From Nemertoderma westbladi (Eukaryota > Animalia > Xenacoelomorpha): a DNA stretch of 40,683 bases. Under the pieces are notes generated by a model. That model searched no databases and had not been told where the DNA came from. It saw only the letters and a list, made by a program, of their open reading frames with translations. Positions within the stretch are counted from its first letter, which is position 1; the number at the start of each line of letters is the position of its first letter. The stretch covers positions 1-40,683 of the forward strand of contig JAUCBJ010004315.1 in NCBI GenBank assembly GCA_032718475.1, written 5' to 3'. A program made the translations under genes and the position numbers. Positions 1-9,020 of this stretch are shown here, in pieces.

Positions 1-20
1 CTGACTGACTGACTGACTGA
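1..20. repeat. (CTGA)n microsatellite, truncated by window edge
   Basis: Five CTGA units. Confidence 0.9.
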
Positions 21-235
21 TATAGCAATAGCACTACACACCACACAGCTACACACTTCAGCACTTATGGCAGTACAGCAGTAGCCAGTAGGCCTACTGC
101 AAATACAAATAGGAATGATATGAAATGTAATGACTGAATGAAGTAGGTAAGGTACTGTGGCACGGCAGATTGGCAGATGGCCCAAGCAGCCAAGGCCGGT
201 GTAGCAGGAGAATTTGCCCCCCAGTCGAATATGCT

Positions 236-763
236 TGTTAGCTTATCCAATTCCGCTAACATGAACCCATAGAGTGAGCCATAAAGCAATATTGGGAGCC
301 TATTGTCAGCCCAGTAAACGGGGACAATAGGCCCCAAAGGAGACACACACAATAAGGGTCAGGGGTTACTCCCCTGACAAGAGAGAGAACAGCAAGGGCG
401 AAGGGAAGCACTTCAGAGGGGGGCAAAGGGTGCCAACAGGGGTATCAACCAATCAGAGGGGGGAAAGGCATCGATTGAGTAGCAATAAGGCCACCGTGCA
501 ATATAACCAGTTACCAGTAATCATACCGGTCAGTTATTCAGTTTACTCAGTCAGATCAGTAGGGTGGAACGGGGACTTCTGTCACCGTCCGCTACCGCCA
601 TCATATATTACCTATTGTGTCATACTATATTATATCAACTGTCAGACTATTATACCTTTATACATATTACCCAACATCAGAACTCTTTTACCTTTCACAC
701 ACGGCGGGGACGCGTGGATAGAAAACCCAAACGGATAAACCGGGATCCGTAGATCCCGTCACA
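236..763 (+). repeat. 5' LTR of element 1 (528 bp)
   Basis: Direct repeat of 7754-8303; about 5 substitutions and one 26-to-4 nt replacement seen by eye. Confidence 0.96.
448..560 (+). promoter_or_regulatory. Putative LTR promoter (CCAAT box, TATA-like ATATAA, cluster of TCAGT initiator motifs)
   Basis: ACCAATCAGAG 448-458; AATATAA ~500-507; repeated TCAGT at 530-560. Confidence 0.5.
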
Positions 764-796
764 GTGACAGAACTAGATCCGCCCAGCTGCCCTGAC
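764..796 (+). other. Non-tRNA primer-binding-site region, complementary to own LTR 550-585
   Basis: GTGACAGAA 764-772 is the reverse complement of TTCTGTCAC 577-585; further pairing of 550-568 with 778-796. Confidence 0.7.
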
Positions 797-852
797 AGAG
801 ATAGAATAGAGCTACCGTCCTAGCTAGCGACGACCAGCTACCAAAGACGACG

Positions 853-1572
853 ATGAGAGAGAGAGGAACGACACCGCCGCGGACCCCGGACGACGATCTA
901 ACGATCCGCGAGGCCACGGCGAGACGATACGAACCCACGACGCCGATCGATGCTACGCCGACCACGTCGACGCAGGTTGACGCCACGTCGACAACGAGCA
1001 ACCCGGCGAACCAAGATGTGGGGGGTCGTCTACAACCGGAGAGCGAGTCGAGGGAAGGAGACGAGAAGGGAGGAGAAGAGAAAGACGAGTCGACGCGGAG
1101 CGAGGGTCGACATACCGATGTCACCGGACAGCCACAGGCCGAGGACGACGAACGGTCCACCGGAACGGCGACGGTGGGGCCGTCGGTACGACGTCGGACC
1201 CGGAGAGACGGAAGAGAGGTCGGCGACGAGGACGTCGGGGTTTCTGATCGACTTCGACGGGCCTACCTCGCGACCCGGGAGCAACTGAGAGAGGCCAAGG
1301 AGGGGGCGAAGGTAGACGAGCTGAAACTGAGGAAAGGACTAGGTGAGTCGAACAGATACTTTGATCACCTAGTGTGTTTTGGGCAGAGAGAATTAGCCGA
1401 GGAGAGGACGAGGGGAGTTGTCAACGAACTGATTGAACTATGGGAATGTGGGGGTATGGAACCTAGCGTAGTGTACGTAGGGCCATACTTAGTCGATGCC
1501 CGGGGAGTGAAAGTAAGGGTTAGAAGACCTGGGGAGGGCGAATCCGAGGTTAATTTCGAGGATTCGGTCTAG
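853..1572 (+). CDS. ORF1 (239 aa), probable N-terminal part of gag separated from the rest by a -1 frameshift
   Basis: First long ATG ORF after the LTR; the downstream gag frame is open from 1554, overlapping this ORF's end. Confidence 0.55.
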   Translation: MRERGTTPPRTPDDDLTIREATARRYEPTTPIDATPTTSTQVDATSTTSNPANQDVGGRLQPESESREGDEKGGEEKDESTRSEGRHTDVTGQPQAEDDERSTGTATVGPSVRRRTRRDGREVGDEDVGVSDRLRRAYLATREQLREAKEGAKVDELKLRKGLGESNRYFDHLVCFGQRELAEERTRGVVNELIELWECGGMEPSVVYVGPYLVDARGVKVRVRRPGEGESEVNFEDSV

Positions 1573-1679
1573 TCGGTCGGAGAAGTTCCGGGAAGCGGGG
1601 GAAAGTTAGTGGGACGGAGGGGCGACGGGAGTCCGTCGCAACCGATAAGTCTGCTACATCCTCCGTAAAAGAAAGACGG

Positions 1680-4600
1680 GTGCGACAGAGTGAACGCATA
1701 GAGTATAAATTAGAAACGGCTGCGAGTAAGCAGGAATGGTTAGAGTGGCAATTGAGAAGGGAAACCACATTGTCAGAGGAGGCTGTAGAGTTGGAGAGGG
1801 AGTATAGAGAGAAAGCCGGGGAGTTTAGAGAGAGGGCCAAGGAGTGTAGAGAGCTAGAGATGGGTGTAGAGAGCGAGCCGGCGAGGCGGCTTGAAATGAT
1901 TGCTAAAGAGGCAGAGTTGGCCGGGCAGAATACGCGAGAGTCGGGGATAGAGGGTGAGTGCAGGCGGGATGAGTTGCATGCCGTGCTAGGGAGGCTTGCG
2001 CAATATCAAGCCAAACTTAAACGGCGCCGACTAGAACTGGCGCGGTTGGAGATATCAGAGAGTGAGACCCCACTTACAGACACCGGGCGAGAGAACCAGA
2101 ACTGGTGTAGCCGTACGGGCGGGGGGGGTAGTAGTAGTACGTTAGAGACAGTTAATGTTAATAGTACCGTAGTAGATAACCCTAATCCCTTTATTACAGG
2201 AAATAATATTTTACCGGGTAGTAGTAATTTAAATTTAAATACAAATATTCTAAATAATAATTTCAATTCAAACCCGCAAAATAATTCGAATAATAATTTA
2301 AGTTTAGAGAATAGTAGTGATCTAAGTAATTTAAATAATTTAAATAATAATCCCGTTTCAAATTCTAATAATTTAATTGATTTAACAAATAATATTGGGA
2401 ATGGTGCTATTAATATGAGCGTGTCGGACGTGCATAACTCAGCAGACGGGGGCCTGGTAGGCCACGTAGTTAGTAGGCAGGAGGTGGCAGGGTTGAGCCA
2501 ACCCGACGGCGGCCTGGTAGGCCACGTAGTTGGTAGGCAGGAGGAAGCGGGGTTGAGCCAACCCGAAGTAGGCCTGATGGGCCACGCAGTAGTAGAGAGA
2601 GAGGCGGGGGTGAATAGACCCAGCCGTAGTAGAGACAGTGCGTCGACTAGAGAGGGGTGTAGAGACGAAGTGAGAGATAGTGAAGTTAGATGTGGCGGGT
2701 GGGGGGGGGCTACGGGCGCCCCACCACATAAGATTAGTGGCGAGAGAGGGGGGGCAGAGAATGCCCCACAAGAGGAGTGTAGAAGTGTAGTAAGAGGTAG
2801 TGAAGTTAGAAGTGGCGGGTGGGGGGGGGCTATGGACACCCCACCGCGAGAGATTAGTAGAGAGAGAGGGGGGGCAGAGAGTGTCCCACAGCCGTCAGCG
2901 GATAATGCGCGGGCCGAATCAGGTAAACCGCAACACCCGGCGACGGAGAGTAATAGGGGGATTGCGAGTATCCCCAGCGGCGTGCGATCGAGTAGAGAGA
3001 GGCAGGTTGACGTCGCGAGAGGGCAGACGGAGCGTCGAGCCCGATCAGAAGAGAGAAGAAGAACAGTGGAGTTTAACCGGGAGGTCGACGAGAGATCTCA
3101 TGAGCCGGAATACTGCACTGAAAAGAGAAGAAGAGGAGATAGTAGAAAAGGTGTCGCCACGAACGATAGCAGTGCGAGGATGGATAACGGACCGTCGACA
3201 GTAGAGATGGAGTCAGGGAGTCAGTGGGGTCGAACTTCGGGAGATTGCCGTCGCCCCGGAGAAACGCACCGCACGCCAAGAGAGGGGTACAGGACGTACA
3301 AATACGAAGACAAGAGCAGGATAGGGGATCGAAGGGAAACTTCCCGACGTGATATAGCTGCCGATCGAGAGTACGGTAGTCGCGGGGAGATTCGCGATTC
3401 GCGAAGAATAAACTTCGGTTCGGAAGGGCACATGCAGACTGCAGGACATACTGTAGGCCTTACTGCACATACTATTATAGGCCATGCTGGGAGAGATAGA
3501 GTAGGCGATAGGGTAGCGCGAACGACGGGATTAAACCCGGAAGTCGCGGAGTACATACCGGTAGGTAGGCGAGAGGTAGGTAGGCCTATATCGGTACAGC
3601 AGCATGACTATAATACACAGGGACATAACATATATCCAGGGGAGGGGAGAGTTATTGTAGATAGATGTATGGGCCCCAATATATTAACATCAACCCCAGT
3701 ACCAAACATACCGGTGGGAGGGGGACAGGGTGACATTCCCCCATCACAATATCAACAATATACCCCAATAGGAGCAAGAACATCGAACCCCTTGGACGAG
3801 AACAGATCATGCGACACGGAAATATGGAGGGGGCCGTTACCCCCAATGATATATCCGACGCAAAAGACAACAACAGATAGGACGGACGGACCGCACCCAA
3901 CAGGAGAAACTATACAACATCCATCAAACCCATTAGAAGTGCAAGCGATGGGAATGGCCACCTTGATCGATGCGTTAAAAACTAGGATCGAGTTACCACC
4001 TGTGGAACCATTTAAATTCGATGGGAGTAGGCCGGAAGAATATCTACAGTTTCGGCGCATGTATAGTAACGAAATATTAAGTAAGAACTTGACGCAGGCG
4101 GAGTGCCTAAAATATCTGCAAGTATATACAGGAGGCCCAGCATACGACATCGTGAGGCAATACCAGGGCATCGAGGGCGGCTTCACGACAGCATGGCGGG
4201 CGCTAGATAGGGAATACGGGCACCCGGCCAAGATCATCCGGCAAACCCTGAGAGGCATAACATCGGATGGCCTACAGGACAATCCCGTTAGCATAAGGAC
4301 CTTTGCAAACAAGGTCGAGAAGGCGTTAATCGTGTTAAAGACGCTAGACGCACCATACGAACTCAACGCGTCTAACAACATCACCACGATAGCGCAGGCA
4401 CTGCCGATCTGGTTACGAAGGAAGTGGAGGAAAATCGCTTTCTCCACACGTGAGAAGAAAGGTGCGGAACCGGGCCTAGAAGAAATGTCGAGCTTCCTCA
4501 ACTATGAAGCCGAATTAATAACAGACCCAGTCTATAGCGAGGATAGTTTGGGGACAAGCCATAAACCCGAACATAATCCGACGGATCCATTCTCAAGAGT

Positions 4601-5372
4601 GGGACAGTCACTACCACATGCGGCCACACAGGGGACTGCTAGTCCACAGTTAGCTGGTAGTAGGGCCACACCGTGGCGGGGACAGAAAGAAAATAACACC
4701 GTAAATAAAAACAATCCCAATATACCCAGTAGGCCGAGTCTAGACAACCAAAACATTAAATCGGTACATATAAACCTAAGCGCGATACGTGAAGGACTAT
4801 ACAGGAAACGCTATAATCCAGGATTCCAATGTCAATTACATCGGGACGGAACCCATAAGACCAGGAGTTGCAAGTACTGGCAAGCGTTGCCCAAACGAGA
4901 TCGTGTAGCCTACACAGACGCAAACGGACTATGTCATCGATGTGTGGTAAAAGGACACAGATCCGGAGAGTGTTGGAAAGGGAGAGGATATGAAGGGACT
5001 AAACCAGGGGCAGAGAAGCCCATTAGCAAACATAAGGGAGTCGGGAAAGTAGGAGGAGGCGTGTTGCATACACACGCAGGACGGACACAGTGCGAGGGGG
5101 CATTGCACGGGCAGACACCGCGTATACCGAGGGACGAGCGGGGGTCGTCGAGGGCTCTAATGCCAGCGCACATACGAAGGGGGAGGCCAGCAAAGGTAGC
5201 ACCGAAGAGAGTGTGGCGAAGAGTTAAAGGACGTATAGGAGGGCAGCAGGAGAGTGCCTATCGGAAGAAGGGGCACGTGAGAGTTTTTAGTCGTCCAAAG
5301 TTTTGGACTGAGGGGGGTGGGAATGAGGGCGAGACGCCCTTCCCACGCACAAAATATAAAATAATTATTTAA
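1680..5372 (+). CDS. gag: BEL/Pao Gag (coiled coil, Asn-rich and repeat linker, DUF1759-like capsid region, Zn knuckles)
   Basis: LPPVEPFKFDGSRPEEYLQF...YLQVYTGGPAYDIV...AWRALDREYG; CQLHRDGTHKTRSC and CHRCVVKGHRSGEC; frame open from 1554. Confidence 0.88.
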   Translation: MRQSERIEYKLETAASKQEWLEWQLRRETTLSEEAVELEREYREKAGEFRERAKECRELEMGVESEPARRLEMIAKEAELAGQNTRESGIEGECRRDELHAVLGRLAQYQAKLKRRRLELARLEISESETPLTDTGRENQNWCSRTGGGGSSSTLETVNVNSTVVDNPNPFITGNNILPGSSNLNLNTNILNNNFNSNPQNNSNNNLSLENSSDLSNLNNLNNNPVSNSNNLIDLTNNIGNGAINMSVSDVHNSADGGLVGHVVSRQEVAGLSQPDGGLVGHVVGRQEEAGLSQPEVGLMGHAVVEREAGVNRPSRSRDSASTREGCRDEVRDSEVRCGGWGGATGAPPHKISGERGGAENAPQEECRSVVRGSEVRSGGWGGAMDTPPREISRERGGAESVPQPSADNARAESGKPQHPATESNRGIASIPSGVRSSRERQVDVARGQTERRARSEERRRTVEFNREVDERSHEPEYCTEKRRRGDSRKGVATNDSSARMDNGPSTVEMESGSQWGRTSGDCRRPGETHRTPREGYRTYKYEDKSRIGDRRETSRRDIAADREYGSRGEIRDSRRINFGSEGHMQTAGHTVGLTAHTIIGHAGRDRVGDRVARTTGLNPEVAEYIPVGRREVGRPISVQQHDYNTQGHNIYPGEGRVIVDRCMGPNILTSTPVPNIPVGGGQGDIPPSQYQQYTPIGARTSNPLDENRSCDTEIWRGPLPPMIYPTQKTTTDRTDGPHPTGETIQHPSNPLEVQAMGMATLIDALKTRIELPPVEPFKFDGSRPEEYLQFRRMYSNEILSKNLTQAECLKYLQVYTGGPAYDIVRQYQGIEGGFTTAWRALDREYGHPAKIIRQTLRGITSDGLQDNPVSIRTFANKVEKALIVLKTLDAPYELNASNNITTIAQALPIWLRRKWRKIAFSTREKKGAEPGLEEMSSFLNYEAELITDPVYSEDSLGTSHKPEHNPTDPFSRVGQSLPHAATQGTASPQLAGSRATPWRGQKENNTVNKNNPNIPSRPSLDNQNIKSVHINLSAIREGLYRKRYNPGFQCQLHRDGTHKTRSCKYWQALPKRDRVAYTDANGLCHRCVVKGHRSGECWKGRGYEGTKPGAEKPISKHKGVGKVGGGVLHTHAGRTQCEGALHGQTPRIPRDERGSSRALMPAHIRRGRPAKVAPKRVWRRVKGRIGGQQESAYRKKGHVRVFSRPKFWTEGGGNEGETPFPRTKYKIII
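2446..2890 (+). repeat. In-frame tandem repeats within gag (60 bp x ~2.5; 120 bp x 2)
   Basis: DGGLVGHVVxRQExAGLSQP repeats; ECRxxVRxSEVRxGGWGGA...ERGGAE duplicated. Confidence 0.9.
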
Positions 5373-5399
5373 TTAAAATTAAGAAAATAATTAAATAAT

Positions 5400-7380
5400 A
5401 GAGTAGGTAGAAGTTAGGTAGTAAGAGTTAGTTAGTTAGTCAGTTAGTTAGTTAGTTAAAGAGGGTACGTAAGTACCGCTAGTTAGAGAGTTAGTAGGTA
5501 CGTAGTACCTAATCAGAGTTAGAGTTAGTAGGTACGTAGTACCTAGAGTTAGAGAGTTAGTAGGTACGTAGTACCTAGAGTTAGTTAGAGTTAGTAGGTA
5601 CGTAGTACCTAATCAGAGTTAGAGTTAGTAGGTACGTAGTACCTAGAGTTAGTTAGAGTTAGTAGGTACGTAGTACCTAATCAGAGTTAGAGTTAGTAGG
5701 TACGTAGTACCTAGAGTTAGTTAGAGTTAGTAGGTACGTAGTACCTAACCAGAGTTAGAGTTAGTAGGTACGTAGTACCTAGAGTTAGAGAGTTAGTAGG
5801 TACGTAGTACCTAGAGTTAGTTAGAGTTAGTAGGTACGTAGTACCTAGAGTTAGTTAGAGTTAGTAGGAGGGTACGTGTAGTACCGTTAGTAGAAGAGTT
5901 AGTAGGAGGGTACGTGTAGTACCGTTAGTAGAAGAGAGTTAGAGGGTACGTAAGTACCGCTAGTTAGTTAGAGATAGAGGGTACGTAAGTACCGCTAGTT
6001 AGTTAGAGTTAGAGGGTACGTAGTACCGATAGTTAGAGAGTTAGTAGGGTACGTAGTACCGTTAGAGAGTAGAGTTAGAGGGTACGTAAGTACCGATTAG
6101 AGAGTAAGAGTTAGAGGGTACGTAGTACCGTTAGTTAGTGGAGTTAGAGTAAGAGTTAGAGGGTACGCAGTACCGTTAGAGAGTAGGAGTTAAGGGGTAC
6201 GTAGTACCGTTAGAGAGTTAGTAAGAGTAAGAGGGTACGTAGTACCGCTAGCTAGTAGAGAGAGCTAGAGTAGTAAGAGGGTACGTAGTACCGCTAGTTA
6301 GGGGTGTTAGTAGTAGCAGTAGAGGGTTGTGGGCACCGTAAGCGCCACGTAGTTAGAGTTAGTAGGGAATGCGCTGAACTTAGTGGGGCACGGGCGTGAT
6401 GATGTGTGTGATGTAAGAGCAGGGTATGTTAATTAGAGTTAGTGGGAGTTAGAGGTTAGTAAGAGGGTACGTAGTAGTACCGGTTGTGGTTGTGGGCACC
6501 GTTAGCGCCACGTAGATAGAGGTAGAGTTAGTAAGAGGGTACGTAGTACCGGTTGTGGTTGTGGGCACCGTTAGCGCCACGTAGAGAGTTAGTAGAGTTA
6601 GAAGGTGCCGTGCACAAGAGGTGCCGGGCACAAAAAGAGTTAGTAGAGTTAGAAGAGAGTTAGTAGAGTCAGTAGTAGTTCACATAATTAACGTACCCAC
6701 TCTGCCGGCACTCAGAGCGTCACGTGTAGGCGATGAGACGTAAAGGGGATGTAGAGGAGTACAGACGGGCACATGGGGTGCCAGGTAGTAGAGTTAGAGA
6801 GGTAGTAGAAGAGTAGAGAGGGCACATAGGGTGCCAGGTAGTAAAGTAGAGTAGAGGTAGCAGAGAGGGCACATAGGGTGCCAGAGAGTAGAATAGTAGA
6901 GACGGGCACATAGGGTGCCAGGTAGTAGAGTTAGAGTGTTAGAGGTAGTAGAGAGGGCACATAGGGTGCCAAGTAGTAGGGTTAGAGCGTTAGAGAGGTA
7001 GTTGAGTAGTAGAAGGGCACATAGGGTGCCAGATAGTAGAGTGGTTGTAGAGGCACGTAGTTAGAGAGCTGAGTAGAGTTAGTAGAGCTAGTTAGTAGAG
7101 TTAGCAGAGCTAGTGGAGTAGAGTTAGCAGAGCTAGTGGAGTAGAGTTAGTAGAGCTAGTTAGCAGAGTTGGTAGACTCAGAGGAGTCAAGTAGAGTTAG
7201 TAGAAGTAGAAAGTTAGTAGGAGTTAGTTAGACTTAGTAGAGAGTTAGAGTCAGTAGAAAGTTAGAGGCTCTCAGTTAGAGCTAGAAGTAGTAAGAGTTA
7301 GTAGTTAGCAGAGTTAGTTAGATAGTTAGAGTTAGTAAGCAGTAGTAGATAGTATGATAGCACAGGGGTAGCATTAGAGA
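5400..7380 (+). repeat. C-poor tandem repeat array with embedded short hairpins
   Basis: 11 x TAGGTAC-GTA-GTACCTA (5495-5847), further GGTAC-loop-GTACC units to ~6550, 6 x GGCAC-ATRGG-GTGCC (6768-7030), AGAGTTAG(T) linkers. Confidence 0.92.
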
Positions 7381-7744
7381 TTAAAGCCTTAGGGAGTGAC
7401 AAGAGAGTGGAGAGGTAATAGTGCGGAGTGCGAAGAGAGCGTGGGCGCAATTCAAGTGTGGGGGAGGAGAAGTGAGAGGAAGAGTGTGGGACGAGGAGGT
7501 CCGGGGGTATGCGAGAGTTGGAGTAGAGTGGTGAGAGTGTTGGGGAAACAAAAATTGTGTGAGAGAAGCGCACGATCGGCCCGACACGAGACGCCAGAGG
7601 GTAGTGACATCATACCCATAGGGAGCGGCCTGGAAAGCCGACTCCGAAAAAATATACCCACCCCACACCCGATGCTAGATCGGGATCCAGCGGAATTGTA
7701 GCGCACTTGAGTTGGATGCTATCTTCTTACCGGGAAGATAGCAT

Positions 7745-7753
7745 GGGGGGGAG
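7745..7753 (+). other. Polypurine tract of element 1
   Basis: GGGGGGGAG immediately before the TGT of the 3' LTR. Confidence 0.85.
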
Positions 7754-8303
7754 TGTTAGCTTATCCAATTCCGCTAACACAAACCCATAGAGTGAGCCAT
7801 AAAGCAATATTGGGAGCACGAGGTTGATTACCAATCAACCTCGTGTCAGCCCAGTAAACGGGGACAATAGGCCCCAAAGGAGACACACACAATAAGGGTC
7901 AGGGGTTACTCCCCTGACAAGAGAGAGAACAGCAAGGGCGAAGGGAAGCACTTCAGAGGGGGGCAAAGGGTGCCAACAGGGGTATCAACCAATCAGAGGG
8001 GGGAAAGGCATCGATTGAGTAGCAATAAGGCCACCGTGCAATATAACCAGTTACCAGTAATCATACCGGTCAGTTATTCAGTTTACTCAGTCAGATCAGT
8101 AGGGTGGAACGGGGACTTCTGTCACCGTCCGCTACCGCCATTATATATTACCTATTGTGTCATACTATATTATATCAACTGTCAGACTATTATACCTTTA
8201 TACATATTACCCAACATCAGAACTCTTTTACCTTTCACACACGGCGGGGACGCGTGGGCAGAAAACCCAAACGGATAAACCGGGATCCGTAGATCCCGTC
8301 ACA
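7754..8303 (+). repeat. 3' LTR of element 1 (550 bp)
   Basis: Direct repeat of 236-763, followed by TSD ATGCT. Confidence 0.96.
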
Positions 8304-8366
8304 ATGCTCCCCGCCCCCCATCTGATATGTGAAAAGATCTTAGGTTCAGGATATTTATAGGCCTAT

Positions 8367-8443
8367 ATCAGTATATTGCAAGGATGACTAGGCCCCTATA
8401 CTGTATAGGGGGAGGGGCCTAGTCATCCTTGCAATATACTGAT
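8367..8443. repeat. Perfect 31-bp inverted repeat
   Basis: ATCAGTATATTGCAAGGATGACTAGGCCCCT at 8367-8397; reverse complement at 8413-8443. Confidence 0.9.
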
Positions 8444-8483
8444 TTTAGATTTTATATAGCTGTATAGGCTATACAGCATACAT

Positions 8484-8719
8484 ACAATATTGCAATGTTC
8501 TAGAGTTAATATACGGAAATAATAACCTGAAGCGAATAAAACTGAATAATCACTGATGCCGTTCCAGAAGCAAATTAACCTGTATAATTACCGAGGCCGC
8601 AGGCCGAGGTTATTATATTAGGTTAATTTGCTGAAGGATAAGGCAGAAGTGATTATTACAGTTTTATTCGCTGAAGGTTATTATTTCCGTATATTAACTC
8701 TAGAACATTGCAATATTGT
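8484..8719 (+). mobile_element. 236-bp palindromic (foldback) non-autonomous element
   Basis: Arms of ~115 bp around the centre ACCGAGGCC-GCA-GGCCGAGGT; outer ~45 bp pair perfectly. Confidence 0.75.
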
Positions 8720-8879
8720 GTTTATTGTTAATTAGAGCATATTGAACGAACAACATGACAGCATACTTTGTATTTTTAAGGATCGTGTTCTAATACAAAC
8801 ACGCATATATTCAATTTTTTTCAAGCATTAGTAGCATTTAAATCGTAGCATTTAAATCCATTTCCTTGAATTAATATCG

Positions 8880-9020
8880 TTCCAGAGGTCGTGGGGTTCT
8901 ACCCCTGCAGGCGGGCCAGGATAGTTTTCGTTTTGGCACAAATGCTTTAAAGGTACTAACCAAACCAGGGCGCATATATGCTTTGTTAATTAAATGGTCG
9001 TTAAATGAGTACCAGTTATC
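8880..9020 (+). mobile_element. Possible degenerate tRNA-derived SINE
   Basis: Box-B-like AGGTCGTGGGGTTCTACCCC, followed ~100 bp later by TAAATGAGTACC, which resembles conserved SINE central motifs. Confidence 0.3.

Larger units (their letters stand above)
236..8303 (+). mobile_element. Non-autonomous gag-only BEL/Pao LTR retrotransposon
   Basis: Two near-identical TGT...ACA LTRs; 5-bp TSD ATGCT at 231-235 and 8304-8308; PPT at 7745-7753; BEL-type gag; no PR/RT/RH/IN motifs seen. Confidence 0.93.

Noticed and set aside
430-752. ORFs duplicated at 7970-8360, and similarly 16110-16604 / 32370-32582
   Set aside because: Duplicated only because they lie in LTRs; non-ATG starts and no homology signal
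764-781. Degenerate tRNA-Leu-type PBS (TGGTGTCAGAAG...)
   Set aside because: Lacks the TGG needed to pair with CCA and has several mismatches; the match to its own LTR is better. Not fully excluded without the host tRNA set.
2006-4501. Antisense ORFs of 277 aa and 249 aa
   Set aside because: Shadows of the gag frame with no recognisable motifs
5495-5847. CRISPR-like or telomeric (TTAG-rich) array
   Set aside because: Linkers are themselves repetitive; no tandem TTAGG/TTAGGG runs; inside an LTR element
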